The notes under the pieces are model-generated. The model was not told the origin of the DNA, searched no databases, and worked only from the letters and a program-made list of their open reading frames with translations. Both the position numbers and the translations under genes were made by a program. A DNA stretch of 63,820 bases, counting the filler, from Sphacelaria rigidula (Eukaryota): assembly GCA_964200075.2 (NCBI GenBank). It is 6 parts of 6 records of this genome, joined end to end, with 100 filler letters (N's around TTAATTAATTAA, not from the genome) between each part and the next. Parts side by side here need not be neighbours in the genome. Positions count along the whole stretch, not along the records: positions 42,617 to 53,169 come from CAXNAA020006287.1; positions 53,270 to 63,820 come from CAXNAA020006289.1; 4 more parts are not named here. One strand, given 5' to 3'. The first letter of the stretch is position 1, and every line of letters starts with the position of its first letter. Shown in pieces: positions 50,701-63,754 of the stretch.

Positions 50701-51416
50701 GTGCATCACGTATCGATTCCAGCGTTTCCCGAGGAATACAGAATTTGCACCTCCGCTGACAACGGCGACAGCACTCGGGGGAACGATGGAGAACCCCTAG
50801 CCCTTTCCGTCACCCGAGCCGCTGCTCGGCTTTTGCCACGATGGGAGGCACCTCAGGACTTCTTGCAACAACACCGACGGCGGGAACGACAGCGACAACT
50901 TTATCGTCAACGACGACAACGACAACGACAACGCCGACAACGACAACAGCAAAAACAACAGCAACCGAGCGCATCACAAGATCCGGGGGCTCGGGGCAAC
51001 TTCGACGTACGGCACGAAGAACAGGAGGAGAGACAGATTCAAGGGAAAGGAGAGCAGGACGGGGGTGAAAGCAGCGAAGGCTCTACACCCGTAAAAGCTC
51101 GAAATGTTTCAGGGCATGCGGCAGAACTGTTGCCGCCGCCACCACCGCCGGGGGACTTATCGTCCGCCGTGAATAAGTTGTTGACGGGCGCGATGGTCGC
51201 ACCCGCGCCGGCAAGCGATGTCTTCGGAGTCAAGCGCTTGCCTGAGAAGGTATATCGTGGCCTGAGGAAGGCCGAGGCCTCAAGAGCGAAGGGGGAATTG
51301 GGAGAGGAGGACGAGCAGGAGGGAGAGGTGCTCGTTGGGGCTGCCAAATGTTACGTGTGCAAGTTGTCCGTGGCCGCGGGTTGTGGCTGCGGGGTCTTGG
51401 CGCTGGCGAAGGAGAG
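46722..51416 (+). CDS. Large hypothetical protein (~1090 aa fragment), Gly/Ser/Gln-rich, possible interrupted PDZ-like domain; partial at both ends
   Basis: Phase-consistent GT-AG exon chain 46722-47398, 48063-48237, 48563-50253 and 50683-51416 within long GC-rich ORFs (297, 124, 763 and 265 aa). GRPGKAQLAGLSPGDEL resembles the PDZ G-x-A-xxAGLxxGD motif. No other family recognised. Confidence 0.7.
47745..47793. repeat. (TAT)n microsatellite forming the tail of a minus-strand retroposon end
   Basis: Adjacent TTTCCGCACATTAGTCCGATCTCG is the reverse complement of GAGATCGGGCTAATGTGCGGAAA at ~54593-54615. Confidence 0.85.
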
Positions 51417-51561
51417 GTGAGCGAGACGCAGAGATTTCCTCGGTATGAGGTGTTCAGAGGAGCTTTGTGGGTGTGTGTGTGTGTTGATGGTTTAGGGAGC
51501 TTGGGGAGGAATTGGACGATGGAATGACATTGTTTTTTTCATCCCCCATTCTCCCGGTTCC

Positions 51562-51592
<31 letters not shown>

Positions 51593-53169
51593 TCGTTGTT
51601 GTTGATATTGTCGTTGACGATGATGGTTTCTTCTTTATGATAACCCGTCCCCGGGTCACCCTGTCCCTCGAAAATCCCCCGCAGATCTTTCTGGCACGAG
51701 GAAGTGGCCAAATGTTCTGGCCAGCCCCTGAAGATACATCTCGCGGAAACACAGTATACGAAGCGGGGTCCATTCGATGGGGGTGCTGGATTCTTAAATG
51801 GAGTCGCCAAGCATCGGAAAGCCGGAACTCGTCCGGTGAGCTGGGCCAGGATGGCAGGGTGCGGGGGTGTTACGGTCGCACCCTTATCACGCGCAGACCG
51901 ACAACCAGGACAATCTAGTTGTACCCAGAAATATACCCAGACAAAATCCATACCCAGGGAAAACAATTTCTACGAAGTATTATCGTGTCTCGTTCATGTG
52001 AAGATATATCGCACGCACAAATGGGTTTGACCGAGATGTTATTTTCTCCTGTGTCCATGCCGGCTGTCTTTCGTAGACCCACCTCACTCACAAGCTTGTT
52101 CTGCATATAACACCGGTCGGGAAAGCGTATTGAACCTTTGCGTCGATACCGACGTGAACGATGCACCCACAACATGCAAAAGCGGTTTGTAAACCCCGGT
52201 GACGAAGCGTGATAATGGATCCGGCAATTTGCCAATTTGCCATATCTAGCTTCTACGACCGGGGCCAGCTTAGAAGCTGCTAAAACTTGCTCACACCATA
52301 GCCTCCCCAGTTTCCCGAATGAACCCGATGTAAGCATATCACTGCGAAGTGTAGACCAACCTGGTGACACACGGCACCGCCGCTGAATGAAAAAAAATGA
52401 AAAGAATGTACTGCATAATGTATGACCTTAACGACGGATGAAAAAAAAGAGAGAATCTGTCAGCATTCGAACTCATGACCTCCATAATTGGAGTCTCCTG
52501 TATCACTTGAACTACACAGGTGCAGCAGCGTCACGGAAAATGTTGAACGCACGGTCCAATTCGACGAGTCTTGAGCTGAAATTTCAGGAAGACTTTCTGC
52601 ACCCAAGGAACTGATACTTCACGTGTCCAGCTGCAGATTCTCGTTTTTTTCCTGGACTTGAGGCATTATCTTGTTTTCGCTAAAATTTCAAATGCTCATA
52701 ACGTTTATTTTATTTTTTTATTTGCTGGTCCCGTGATCTTCTGCATTTCGAAAATGAAAAACTGCTGTCAAAAGTTTAGCGTCCAACTCGCACTACGGTT
52801 CCACCTATAGTGGCGGCGAAATGTATGAGATCTATCGATTAGCTGAACGCTCTTTGTTTGAAGCAGCACCTCATGCCGGGAAGAGTAGTGTTTTAAAACA
52901 TTCGTACCCCGGGGTGCGTCATCAAACGATTTCGATGGCACTACGGCGCATTATACACTTCCTCTCTCTAGAGAAACACATCATGACGCGGGTTCCCAAT
53001 CGATGTGCCGCAGAAACCTCCGGGGGAATTCCACGAAAGTGAAGAAAAAAAAATATATGTTCTTGCATCGTTCCTGAAATGACCCAAGCTGAACGAGGTG
53101 GAACTGTAGGCTGTACGTGCGCAGATTCCGGTCTTACAGAAATCATTCCAAAATGCGTTGAGTTGGAGA

Positions 53170-53269
53170 NNNNNNNNNNNNNNNNNNNNNNNNNNNNNNN
53201 NNNNNNNNNNNNNTTAATTAATTAANNNNNNNNNNNNNNNNNNNNNNNNNNNNNNNNNNNNNNNNNNNN
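53170..53269. other. Artificial contig spacer
   Basis: N44-TTAATTAATTAA-N44. Confidence 0.98.
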
Positions 53270-53345
53270 CACCGGGAATCGAACCCTCGTTCTCTCCACC
53301 CTAATGGCGACAGTCGGACGATTACACCACCGGGTCGCAGCGGCA
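53270..53345 (-). mobile_element. SINE-like family B head
   Basis: Closely similar to 215-290 (ATCGAACC..CGTTCTCTC.ACCCTAATGGCGACAGTCGGAC.ATTACACCACCGGG). Confidence 0.8.
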
Positions 53346-54479
53346 ACTACAAACTAAGATGAACGCTACGAACCCACCCCTCACCTCAAAGCTGCTTACA
53401 CGCGACACAAAGGTCGATAGCGCGGGGCGCAGCTGCCAATCAGCTCGTTGGTCGTTTCTGCGTGGTCTTCTTTCGGTCGGCCGTAAAATGAAGCCACGTT
53501 CCTGTTTTTGGACAAGTGTCTGTGTGAGTCAAACATCAAACAGAGGGTTCCATGAAGAAAACACAGCAAGAAGCTTTCACACGTATTGCTGTTGCTCACC
53601 CAATTTCACGCCGACGTCACTTGAACCCTTTGCGTTTACTGCGGAACTGTACTGTAGCTACCCCTGAAAGTGTCGGGCCTTCGACGTAAGTGTCTATAGG
53701 TACCGGGGCATGACTTGAGATGTTGAGCACAAGTTCCCGATAGTTATGCATTACAATACAATCATGAGACAAATGAACTCTTGAATGACTTTACCCACAG
53801 TTTAGTCCAGGATACCGAAGTTATGTCGTTGGACGAACCGATACCGGGCGATAGCATACCGTACCATACCGTGTGACAGTGTCATATCGTCATAGCATCA
53901 TACCCCGCGGCCGCTGGTACACTCATATACCACTATCTGTTGATGAGGTTCTCAGCCTACTATTGAGTTATCTGTACTGAACATTTGTTGTGATTTCGTT
54001 TTCGTGGAGAGCATGTTCTCGACCTCCCTGGGCTTCCATATTCCCGGTCCCCCGGACAACATTCGCGAGGATCATTTCCCACGATCTACAGCGTTCTAGT
54101 TGGCTGGTCCTCAATGGAGGAGATTCCCTCTATCAACGACTATCAAGCTATGTGTACTTTACTCCACGCTGGATCAACCAATAGAGAATCTACAGCTATA
54201 GCACCGACACAGCGCTCGCGATAGCCAATCTCCCGTGGGAGCTAAGCGCTGTCGTTTTTTGTTAAATAGTAGTGACGTTTGTTGTTTGTCTCCGTGGGTA
54301 CCTGGAGTTTGCCTCTCGCTCGGAATCCATATATATTCCCCTGGGGTGTACTTCTTGTTGCTTTACCTTTTGTTCTGTCTCTCGGAGTTCCTTTACTTTA
54401 TTGACAGATCTGATTCGTTTGTTTTCACCACACCCCGACCAACTCGGGGAGGGTGAAGAGGGGGTTTTCTTCGCTGTTA

Positions 54480-54640
54480 TCTTGACGTCTCTGTCATTGT
54501 TTCGTGATTGTTCTTTTTGGAGTCTCGTGTAGGGAATAATAGTGGCAGAAGATACGGAAAAGGTAGGCCTAGGCCTGTGACCACGGGTTCGAGAGATCGG
54601 GCTAATGTGCGGAAACAACAAACAGTAACAATAATACAAG
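54480..54640 (+). mobile_element. 3' end of a non-LTR retroposon-like repeat with degenerate (AAC/AAT)n tail
   Basis: ...CTGTGACCACG..GAGATCGGGCTAATGTGCGGAAACAACAAACAGTAACAATAAT. Same end as 47790-47895(-), and a similar terminal motif at ~2640(-). Confidence 0.6.
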
Positions 54641-54948
54641 TAGTAATGGTAGAAAAGGGGAACGCACTCTTAGGAGAACACCTACCTCGCATGAAACGAA
54701 CATTCTGCGTTCCTCACTATCGGTCCCCAGGCCAACTTTTCCGAACACACGTTTCTCTTCGATCGCTACTCACTCACGGCAGGTCCGTTCCGCGTTGCCT
54801 GTATTTGTATCGCCTCTGTATCACGCTGACGCTGCCAACACCCGTGTTCCGTCTTGTGTGCCATTTGCGCTAGTGTAGTGTAGGGAAGCGTGTGTCCCGT
54901 GTCACATGCGTGAGCCTCCAGCAGCTTGTTTGACTGCCTGTCCTGCAG

Positions 54949-57900
54949 TCGGTCCAACAAGTAGCAGGCGCAGCCTGTGTACGCGTCACATGCTTGCTGC
55001 TGAAAATAGTCTATCAAGCCACTATCTGTGTATGTGCGTGTTTACCTGCGCGACCGTTTCCGTAGCACCACCGGAACGAGAGCGCACAAATATCGTGTGC
55101 CGCCACTGGCTTTTCATTTATTTCTTCTAGTGCCTCATGTGTGCTACAACTAACCGCAAGACTACAACCTAGTTAACCTCCACGCTTGTATTTTCATTTC
55201 ATGACGGACACTACAGTTAACACGAAAACTGATCTACTTATCTACCCCTGTCTATGTTATCGGCTGCTGACCTTTTTCTTTGGCCTGTGGTCTTGCGGTG
55301 TCCTGGATGTGCTTTTGCACGTGCTCTACATGCTGTACTGTGCCCTTGGGTTTCATCGCTCTCGTCGTCTTCTTTTCTGTTCTCTCCTTCTCTCTCCCTC
55401 TTTTCTCGCTGTTTATTTCATGTCAGAGTTGGTGTTACACAGGTAGCAGTTTGGTGCCTTGCCTCCGTATGGCTCATTGGTGAGAGGTCATACCCGAATA
55501 GTATGGCCGAAGTAGCGGCGCCGCACTCTGCTCCCACCGCCTACTCGTTTTGTTTATGGGTGTGCATGTGCTTTTTCGCGCAAGACCTTCTTCAACTGAG
55601 GACATACGGCAGAGGCGGCCCATTTATAGTTTTTTGTTTTTAAAGCACTTCTCCTTTCTTTCCTTCTCCTGATTGCTGCTGTTCCTCTTCTTGTTCTCCT
55701 CCATTGTTGTTTGCTTTCCAGCAAACGAAGAGAATTGAAAAATCTTCTTGCTTTTTTCCATTTTAGTTTCTCTTTAGCGTTTTCGTTTTGTTCCCCGTGG
55801 GTACGTCTATCATGTGCACAATCAATCAAATCCAGTACACTAGGGTTTACATGTATCTTCGGTATGTGTGTCGTGGCGTGGATGATAACTGATTTATTTG
55901 CTAGAGCTGCTCCCTTCCACCTCGGAGGATCTTGGGTTCGCACTCCGGCTTCTCCTCTCAAAGGAGGTGTTCGTAGACATGTGCAGGGGGGCTCTGTTGT
56001 CACCTTCGAAGGCGTTATCCGTTCATATGGTTCGTTTCTTGCACACATATACCGAAAGATGTAGACTGGCGTCCAGAATAGATGGGACGACGACATACAC
56101 AACACACACTACTATGGTATACGCCATGTGTAGATGGCGTCTGTTTGGGATAGTCCCATCTGTCTACGCCTCGACGATAGTGCTCTTTGCTCGACTAATG
56201 GATAATGGCGATAGTGGAGATGATTGCTTTGTCTCGGTGCGGCAATATACTGCATTACGGATTACTATCTGACGGCATCTTACGGCAGGGTCGCGAATAA
56301 ATCCCGAGCTGGCAGAGGCGTTACGGAGGATAAAGAAAGTTCTTCACGCCTTCGAGAAGGATGTGCGGGATGACATGAAGCTGGACGCAGCGAAGGACAG
56401 CCTGCCTGTCGCCATCGTAAGACCGAGCGTACTTACCATCGCTGTGATCTACTATAATAATACAATACATAGACAAGCATCGCAGAAGGAAGGTGGGGTA
56501 GTAAAAACAAATAAAAAAGAAGCTCCTGTGTTGACCTTCCTCCTGTGTGACCCCGGCTGATGCGCCCACATATACCGAAAGATGTAGACTGGTGCCCAGA
56601 ATAAATGGGACGACAACACACACATACATAGACAAAGCATGTGTGTGCAACCATCCTTGGACGACAATGCACTCGACGAGTAGCTGTAAGATGCTACATG
56701 CAATATAGATCCATAAAAAATAAAAAGTCGCCGGAAACGCTACGAATATGCTAGGTGTTTTGACAGATAACCCGGTGAACAGGCAAACAGAGCTGCTCAC
56801 TCTGGTCGAGTTCTTGTGCTCTGTAAATGTACAACGTTTCTTGAACACACGATTTTTTTTTAACTTGGCATTCGGGGGCTGTCGGCACAAGTTAAAAAAA
56901 ACAGAGCGTACGATTGATATCGTCATTAGCTTGCTTAGGGCCGGCCCAGCAAACCAGTGCTGAAGATGAGAAGAGAGCTCTGTTCGGATCCCCCAAGTGC
57001 GTTCGTACGACCTTTTGGCGCCATAGCGTGTACACCTCCGCGTCGGCAAAGCTGCCGCGTCACCCACGGCAAGGCGGAAGAACACGAGAAATGGGTGTCT
57101 TGTCTCTTTCATCCTCTGCCTGCTCTCACACCCTTCTCTCTCTCCAGGTGAACATGTTGGTCCTCAATACCATCCACGAGCGGGCCGCGGCGCTCGAGGT
57201 TCCTCCAGAAGACGGGTAAGAACAACAGCAAGCGCTTCCTCCAGGACTAGGTGAAAACGCGTGTCAGTTTTAAAGCGAAGAACCGTCGATCAAGGCCGTG
57301 GTGGTAGTCGAGTAGTGGTGACCTGACTGTAAAGTGATGTTGAAATCCTGCTCTGTCGTAGATCTTCGAAAAGACGATGATCGCTGTCCGCGTGCTCGTT
57401 TTCCGCCCGTGGGATCTTCGTATATTCGACATATTCAACAGCCTGAAGAGCAAGCTTTTGCCCGAGGATGAAGCAATCGGGATGGACGCCGCGCGGTATA
57501 TTAGATTTGCCAGCGCTGCGTATGGTATGCTCATGCTCAAGGTGGGACCCTGCGCCGTCGTAGTCAACTTTTGCTCTGTTCTGCACAATCGCTGCGTTGT
57601 AAGGCTGCCCGGGCAAATGATGCTGACCTTGGTGCAGTCTCCTGACGGTGTGGTATTTTACCAACAACTAGCGCAGAAAAAAGGGCATGGCCGACTTTTG
57701 TTGTAGCCGGGTCGCTCTACTATACTGGATTGGGCTGCGGCAACTGACGTGGATATATATTTTTCACTGTACAGTCGCATTCAGTTAGTCGCAAACATCG
57801 AACCTCATTTCTCTACGTACGCTTCAAGGATGCCAACTGTTTTCGCCGCAAGAGGGGGGGGTACCCTACCGCAAACGTTGAACTTCATTTCTGTACGAAC

Positions 57901-60900
57901 GCTCCAGGGTGCCAACGTGATGAGCTGGGATTGCGGATGGCCTGCCGTGCACAAGATGTCCCTCCAGGAGCTTAACTCATGGTGCATCATCAAGTGAGTA
58001 AGCGCTCTCAATCTCTTTCTTAATTCCTCCAGAGGATATGGCGTGGGGGTTGCGTACTTCCACGCCGTGCCAATCGTGTCCGGTGTGTGCCTCCGCGAGT
58101 TCGCCGCCAAATGCGACCAAACATATGCCATTTGGTAGAATATGCTTGCATGCACCCGAAGACGGTCAGTCTCATCGCCGCGTAGCTCGGGAATCCAGAT
58201 CGGGAGAATTGACGTGGTTTGTTCACACGTTCACGACGTACACACATGCCGAGTGACAGGGCACCACAACGAAAGCGGCTCCTTCAGCTCATCACAGAAA
58301 TATGCACCAACCGGTGCAAAAAAACCCGACGAGAAAAAAAAAAAAACATGTTACGACTTGTTTTCGTTCATGGGATGAGCAGCAGAGGGCACCTCTTCAT
58401 GACCAGACCGCACCCAACATTTGCATGCGGAAACACTGATGACCAACGCTCGTGGCATGTTGTTCTGCGACCACGTCCTGTGTCCACCGCGTCATGAAGT
58501 GACCCCTACTCGCCCCCCGCCTGTGGACTGCTGCGCTGTAATGCAGGCACTGTGGCGTTGCCGACGAGGATCTGGTGAAGATCAACATCTTTCAGACGCG
58601 CAAGCTGCACCTGCCGGCCTACATCATTGTGGTGGACCACGCCACCAAAAGCGTAGTTTTGTCCGTCAGGGGAACATTCTCTGTGGAGGACGCCGTCACG
58701 GACTTGGTTTGTGACAGTGCAGGTGTGTTGCACGCTGCTTTTCTTGTTTTTCCATCCGACATTCGTACAGTAGCCGTGCCTCTTATACGTGCTTCCCGCG
58801 GATGCTTTGCTCTTGCATCGATCGATATCTTTGCAATAGAGTGCGGCTGGTTCGTCGAAAATTGCAAAACATATCGATGACGGGTACTGAGCTGAGCGTT
58901 TGACGCTTCCAAGGCCGCCGGTTGTGGCTGGTCAACGTCCCCGATTGGCCGCCTGTCTCCATGCTGGCTGACTGCAACGGATGTGCAGAGATACCCGGGA
59001 CGACGTGTTGGCTACTGTGCGTCAACTTCGAAAATCGAACGCATAGTCGGAAATCGTGGTGCCGCCTTGCCGTGGTGACTGAATGTATGCAGGCGGCATC
59101 TACAGCGCACCGGGATATATATGTGGACTGCACCAAAATTGTGTACTGCAGCTATGCGGGCAGACTGTGTCACGGGCATGTGATCACTCAGCATGTGCCG
59201 CATTGCCCCCACTGTACACTGTTGCTGCTGCTGCCCATGCCGACGTTGTCATTACCCGACATGTGTTGCTTTTTCAGCGTTCATGGGAGGGTCCTGTCAC
59301 CGGGGGCTGCGCCAAGGCGCAGAATTTCTTCTGGAAGACGCGAAGGACGACCTAGTCAAAACTTTGAGTGAAAACGCGGGCTATCGATTAGTGCTGTGCG
59401 GGCACAGCCTAGGAGGAGGTGCGCGCGGCCCAGTTTTAATAGAGGAGAAGCTTTGGGCGATGGGCGCTATAATAGAGGGCAGTAAGACTTCATGAGTACG
59501 AGTACAGTTTGGCTCAGCGCGACGAAAGCCTAAACTTTCGCACCCCAAGGAATATCACTCGTCACGGATGACGGGGGAATGTTGGGTGGCATTCCTGATG
59601 AGAGGGTACTACAGTAGATGTAGCGGTAAAGCCCTAGACGAGCAAACAGTGAAAAGTGATCGCCGTGGCACACAGAGGTTTCGATCTTCACGCTTCCCCT
59701 GCACCCCACAATCCACATCGCTCTGCGCAGGGGTGAGCACCTTGCTGACGATGATGATCTTGCACCGAAGACGAGATCTTGGGATTAACCGCAGGACACA
59801 GATCCTGTGCTACGCCTTCGCCCCCCCGCCTGTCTTTGGGCCTTTGAATCGGGTGCCCGCGGAAGCGAAGAAGGCTATCAGATCCTTTGTCTTCCGGCAC
59901 GACATGGTGCCGCGCCTGTCTCTCGCCAACGTGTACGGGCTGTTTCGAGATCTCAGGGAGGTGGACACAGTAGGGGTGGGTATTGTGATGCTATTTGTCT
60001 TCGATGAAACACGAACGCCGCTTTTTCTCATTTCGTCATCTTACGCCACAATCATATCGCAAGCAGGCAGGCAGCCTGCTGTTGACTCTCGGCCGGATCT
60101 TTTTGATCCCGGTTCTTCCTTCCCCATCATAATTTATTTTCGCCGTGGTGGGGTGGTCACTCGTTCAAGATACTGTATGTTGCGACACATGCAGTGAATT
60201 TCTTTTTGGTTGTTGAAAAGAAAGTACGTCGTTGCGATATGCGGTATTCGCAGGCCTTGAAATTTGTCCCTATACGTGACGATGGGCCTCCCTTGTTTTG
60301 GTGCTGTTGTTGCCTTTTACATCATGGTGGGCTACACAGACCAGCTTCCCGTCGCGATGCAAGTACCTGGTGCGAGAGCGCATGCCGCACGTGAGCGTCG
60401 AAGATGACGGTCTCGGGGCTAGAGGCCTAAGCGTGTCGCTGCGCTACTCTACCATCCTGCACCGAACAGGATTTCGCGGGGGGACCAAAAGCAAGCAACA
60501 TCATTGTACCACCACTACCACCACTACCAAGATCAACAACAGCAAGCCAAAGAGCGCAAGCCGGGGTGAGACGGCCGTTACCAACGCCGACGCCGACGCC
60601 GACGCCGACCGCACGCGAGAAGAGCAAGACCCGCTGGAACATTTCGTGTTGCGTAAGCTCGCCGAGGATTTCACGGCCGACGGCCGAGCTCGCCTGCCGA
60701 GCCAGAAGAACGCGTACCGCGCAGAGCGGACGGCTGTTCTGGCGCATGACATGGGCCGCGAGAGGTACGAGAAACTCATCATTCCCGGGAGCATTTTCCA
60801 TCTGCGAAAGCTTGGCGACATCGCGACAGCCGCGCTGGCTGCCGAGCAGGATGGGGTTGTTGCTGAGGGGCGTCGTACGCCGCTGTACTGGATGGAGCGA

Positions 60901-62036
60901 GAATCGCCGGCGCAGGTATTTTGGTCTTTCATGATAGTCCCTTTTTTTGCTTGGGGTAGTTCTTGATATTATCTTGAATAGGTGCTGCAGACGGCGCATC
61001 AATGCTGTATAAATCGAAGAATACCCAGATCCACTCCGTAGTAGAGATTACCTGGTACTCATAAGCAGTGCCCATGATGCGCTGTCAGGCGCCTGTTTTG
61101 TACCTGGAAATGGATTCCCTATTCCATTATGAAAGCTGAAAAAATTAAAGTGGGAACTTGACCCAGTTTTCATTTTTGGATGTTGCGAAGTGCTCGCTGG
61201 TACAAACGGGTCATGCTCCGAGATTTTGTCCACAGCGTTGTCGCCCTATCTATTCTAGACGCCGGTCTATACCTTTCGATATATGTGGGCGCACCAGCCG
61301 GGGTCACACAGGAGGAAGGTCAACACAGGGGTTTTTATTTTCTTGTTTTGTTTTGGTGCTCCCCCTTCCTTCTGCGGTGCTTGCCTTTTTCTTTTCATCG
61401 CGAGAGGGTTTCAGCAGCCCCGTTGCCTCGTCGACCGTTAAGTCGAGTTTTGTGTACCCACGACATAGTCGCTCTCGACTCTTGGGCATGAGGAAAAATC
61501 CCAGATCGGTCCGCGATACGAACCCGCGACCCAACCGTCAGAAGGTTACGAGGTTATCAACTGAGCCACCAGGGCGATCGCTTGCTTATACCACTACTGT
61601 ACCATGTGCCCGACCCTTTAGTTAAAACGCGTGCAGAGGTCCGGACAAGCATAATTGACCCGTGAAACATACCTCAGTTTTAGCTCACGTACTCCGAAAC
61701 TGCGAGTGTAAACCCTGACCAAATTTTCTGTTTCCCACCGCGAAGGAGACCTGTGCGTTGTGCACCACCCACTTCACCAAGTTCATACTCGGAATTGGAT
61801 GCCCCCAAGTGGGGCACACCTTGACACGTCCTAGCCTGTTTCTCAAGCGTACACTGTTTCTGTCGATGTTGCTGTCAGAACGTAACATTCCATTTTCATT
61901 TCGCGTACATCTTCGGCAGTTGGCGCGGATATTGATGGTGGACACCGCTATTGTGGACCACCTACCCAACGCCTATGAGAGCGCCCTGCACAACTTGTAC
62001 GGGGATGGGCTGCCCAAGAAGAATCTCGTGGATTGA
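54949..62036 (+). CDS. Class 3 lipase (diacylglycerol-lipase-like), start not found
   Basis: Confident exons 56289-56416, 57148-57215, 57442-57541, 57908-57993, 58547-58722, 59278-59418, 59731-59969, 60340-60915 and 61920-62036 (stop). Tentative hydrophobic upstream exons 54949-55029 and 55443-55479. Motifs YIRFASAAYG, PAYIIVVDHATKSVVLSVRGTFSVEDAVTDL, CHRGL, LVLCGHSLGGG (Ser), YAFAPPP, HDMVPRLS (Asp), VDHLPNAY (His). Confidence 0.93.
56468..56630 (+). mobile_element. SINE-like family A, 5'-truncated copy
   Basis: GACCTTCCTCCTGTGTGACCCCGGCTGATGCGCCCAC...CCAGAATAAATGGGACGACAACACACAC. Confidence 0.8.
61237..61581 (-). mobile_element. SINE-like family A, near full-length copy in the last lipase intron
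   Basis: Reverse complement of head and body colinear with 43645-44005. Confidence 0.85.
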
Positions 62037-63723
62037 GGTCGATGTTGGGGTGATGTGTGTTGCGGGGGGGGGGGGGTCTACCCAAAGATGTAGATGTAAG
62101 TAAAAAAGTTTTGACTGTATGTGCCGGGCAGCGTGATTGAAAGCCTGGTGGTGTTTTACCAGACGATGATGGCGTAAAACCGTGGTGCGTCGACGAGTAC
62201 ATGTAAGAATATTTCATGGTCTGTGCGCTGAACTCGAGTGCACTTGTGTTGTAGTATGCCTATATGGCACGTGCGGGCGATGTTGTGATAAATAGAGCGA
62301 GTGTTTTTTTTCTCTTGTCTTTTGTCGTATGTGGCAAGTGGCGAGTGGCCGCGAACATATTGGTCTGTGCCTTCATTGAAAAAAATTGTCTTCCCGTCGG
62401 CGCTGTAAAGTGCTCGACTGTATGCTCTGGTTGTACTGGTAAACGGAGATCAGAGCTGGCATGTAGTTCATGAATAAATGGGTAAATTATGAAAAATAAT
62501 GAAAAATTTAGTTTCCGGGTTGGTCCAAGCAAGAAGGCGGTAAAAGAAATATCTTGGGCTTTTGATTGTACGGTAACGTTGTCCTGAGGTTTGATGGGAT
62601 AGCCGTACGCTTGATTGATTCGGAACGATCGCAGCGTCTACGTGAAGAAGGGACATAAAACGCGTATTGTAGTATTTCGTGCAAAAAGTAGTTGACACAC
62701 CATTTCCCGTTTGAGGTATTTAAATACTACAAGTTCCACGCCAGCGCTATAGCTTTGTTTTTAGCCAGGACGGGGGGTGTTCATTTCGCGATAAAATTGT
62801 AGGGACTGCAGGCAATTGAGAGCAGGGGGTGATTGTCGGCTTGGAACATAGTCGACAGAGTTGACGCATTTTTGGCGCCTCGCCATTTCGGGGGAAACTA
62901 AAAGACGACAAAAGGAGTATTGAACTCCGTCCAGCGCACCATTTTTGGTGTCACGAAGAAGTGTCGCAGGACCCGCTACATTGGTGCTACTCTCACCCAC
63001 CCACTCCTGTACTTTGGAAAAACGGGCATACCACGTCGATAGCACCACATACCGTCCGTTCTGTGAAGTTGAGCGACGTCGGGCCAGGCTAGTAGTACGG
63101 TCGGGGACCACGGGGAAAGCCCCGGTGCTCTTAAACGGCGTTCCGTCTCGAAAGGGCAGCGTGGTCAATGGTCTAACGACGAAGGCAAGCAACAAATGTG
63201 TACATGCGTGAAGAGTCGGCAAGCAGGCTTGGGGCCTACATCTCTGGCACATACAGTCGCACTTTGAGCGCCGCACTGTCTCCAAGAGAAGGAAAGTGTG
63301 CGCCCATACGTCATGCCTTTTTGACGCGCGGCTGGTGCAACTGAAGTACCGCTGATCGGCAGCGAGATAAGTGCACTTACTTCCTTGGAAGCTGTCTTGA
63401 AGCAGCGATCGGACCTCTTTCTGAAGAAACTGCGTTGGCCTTTGCCAAACGGAATTTCTGTGGCAAGTCGACGGGGCAAGCGTCAGATTGAACATTGGCA
63501 TTTTTTGTGGGTCGGGGGGAGTTGGGGGACGAGGCAAAAAGAAGAACAAGACATGGTCTACCGACGAGCCGTTAAGTTGCCTTTATCTGGAATATCTACT
63601 TGTGAAGCACTGTACGCCATATTGAACTAAAAATAGCAATTTGTCGACTGTTAATAGTCCAGGACGAAACAAGGAAAACTACGATGTTCGCACAGGGGTT
63701 TCTTTTTTGGGAGAATCCCCCTT

Positions 63724-63754
<31 letters not shown>

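Noticed and set aside
51868..52369. Possible LTR remnant (GGGGG-TGTTAC...GTGACA)
   Set aside because: No TSD, no adjacent pol sequence and no second copy.
52450..52520. tRNA-like sequence on the minus strand
   Set aside because: A- and B-box-like motifs are present but there is no complete cloverleaf. At most a decayed SINE head.
59545..59650. Hammerhead-like segment (stem-CTGATGA-stem) in a lipase intron
   Set aside because: Lacks the GAAA core after stem II and an NUH site before stem I.
62761..63549. 262-aa minus-strand ORF
   Set aside because: Runs through a dispersed repeat (~63135-63190) and has no recognisable domain. Small real exons of a convergent gene cannot be excluded.
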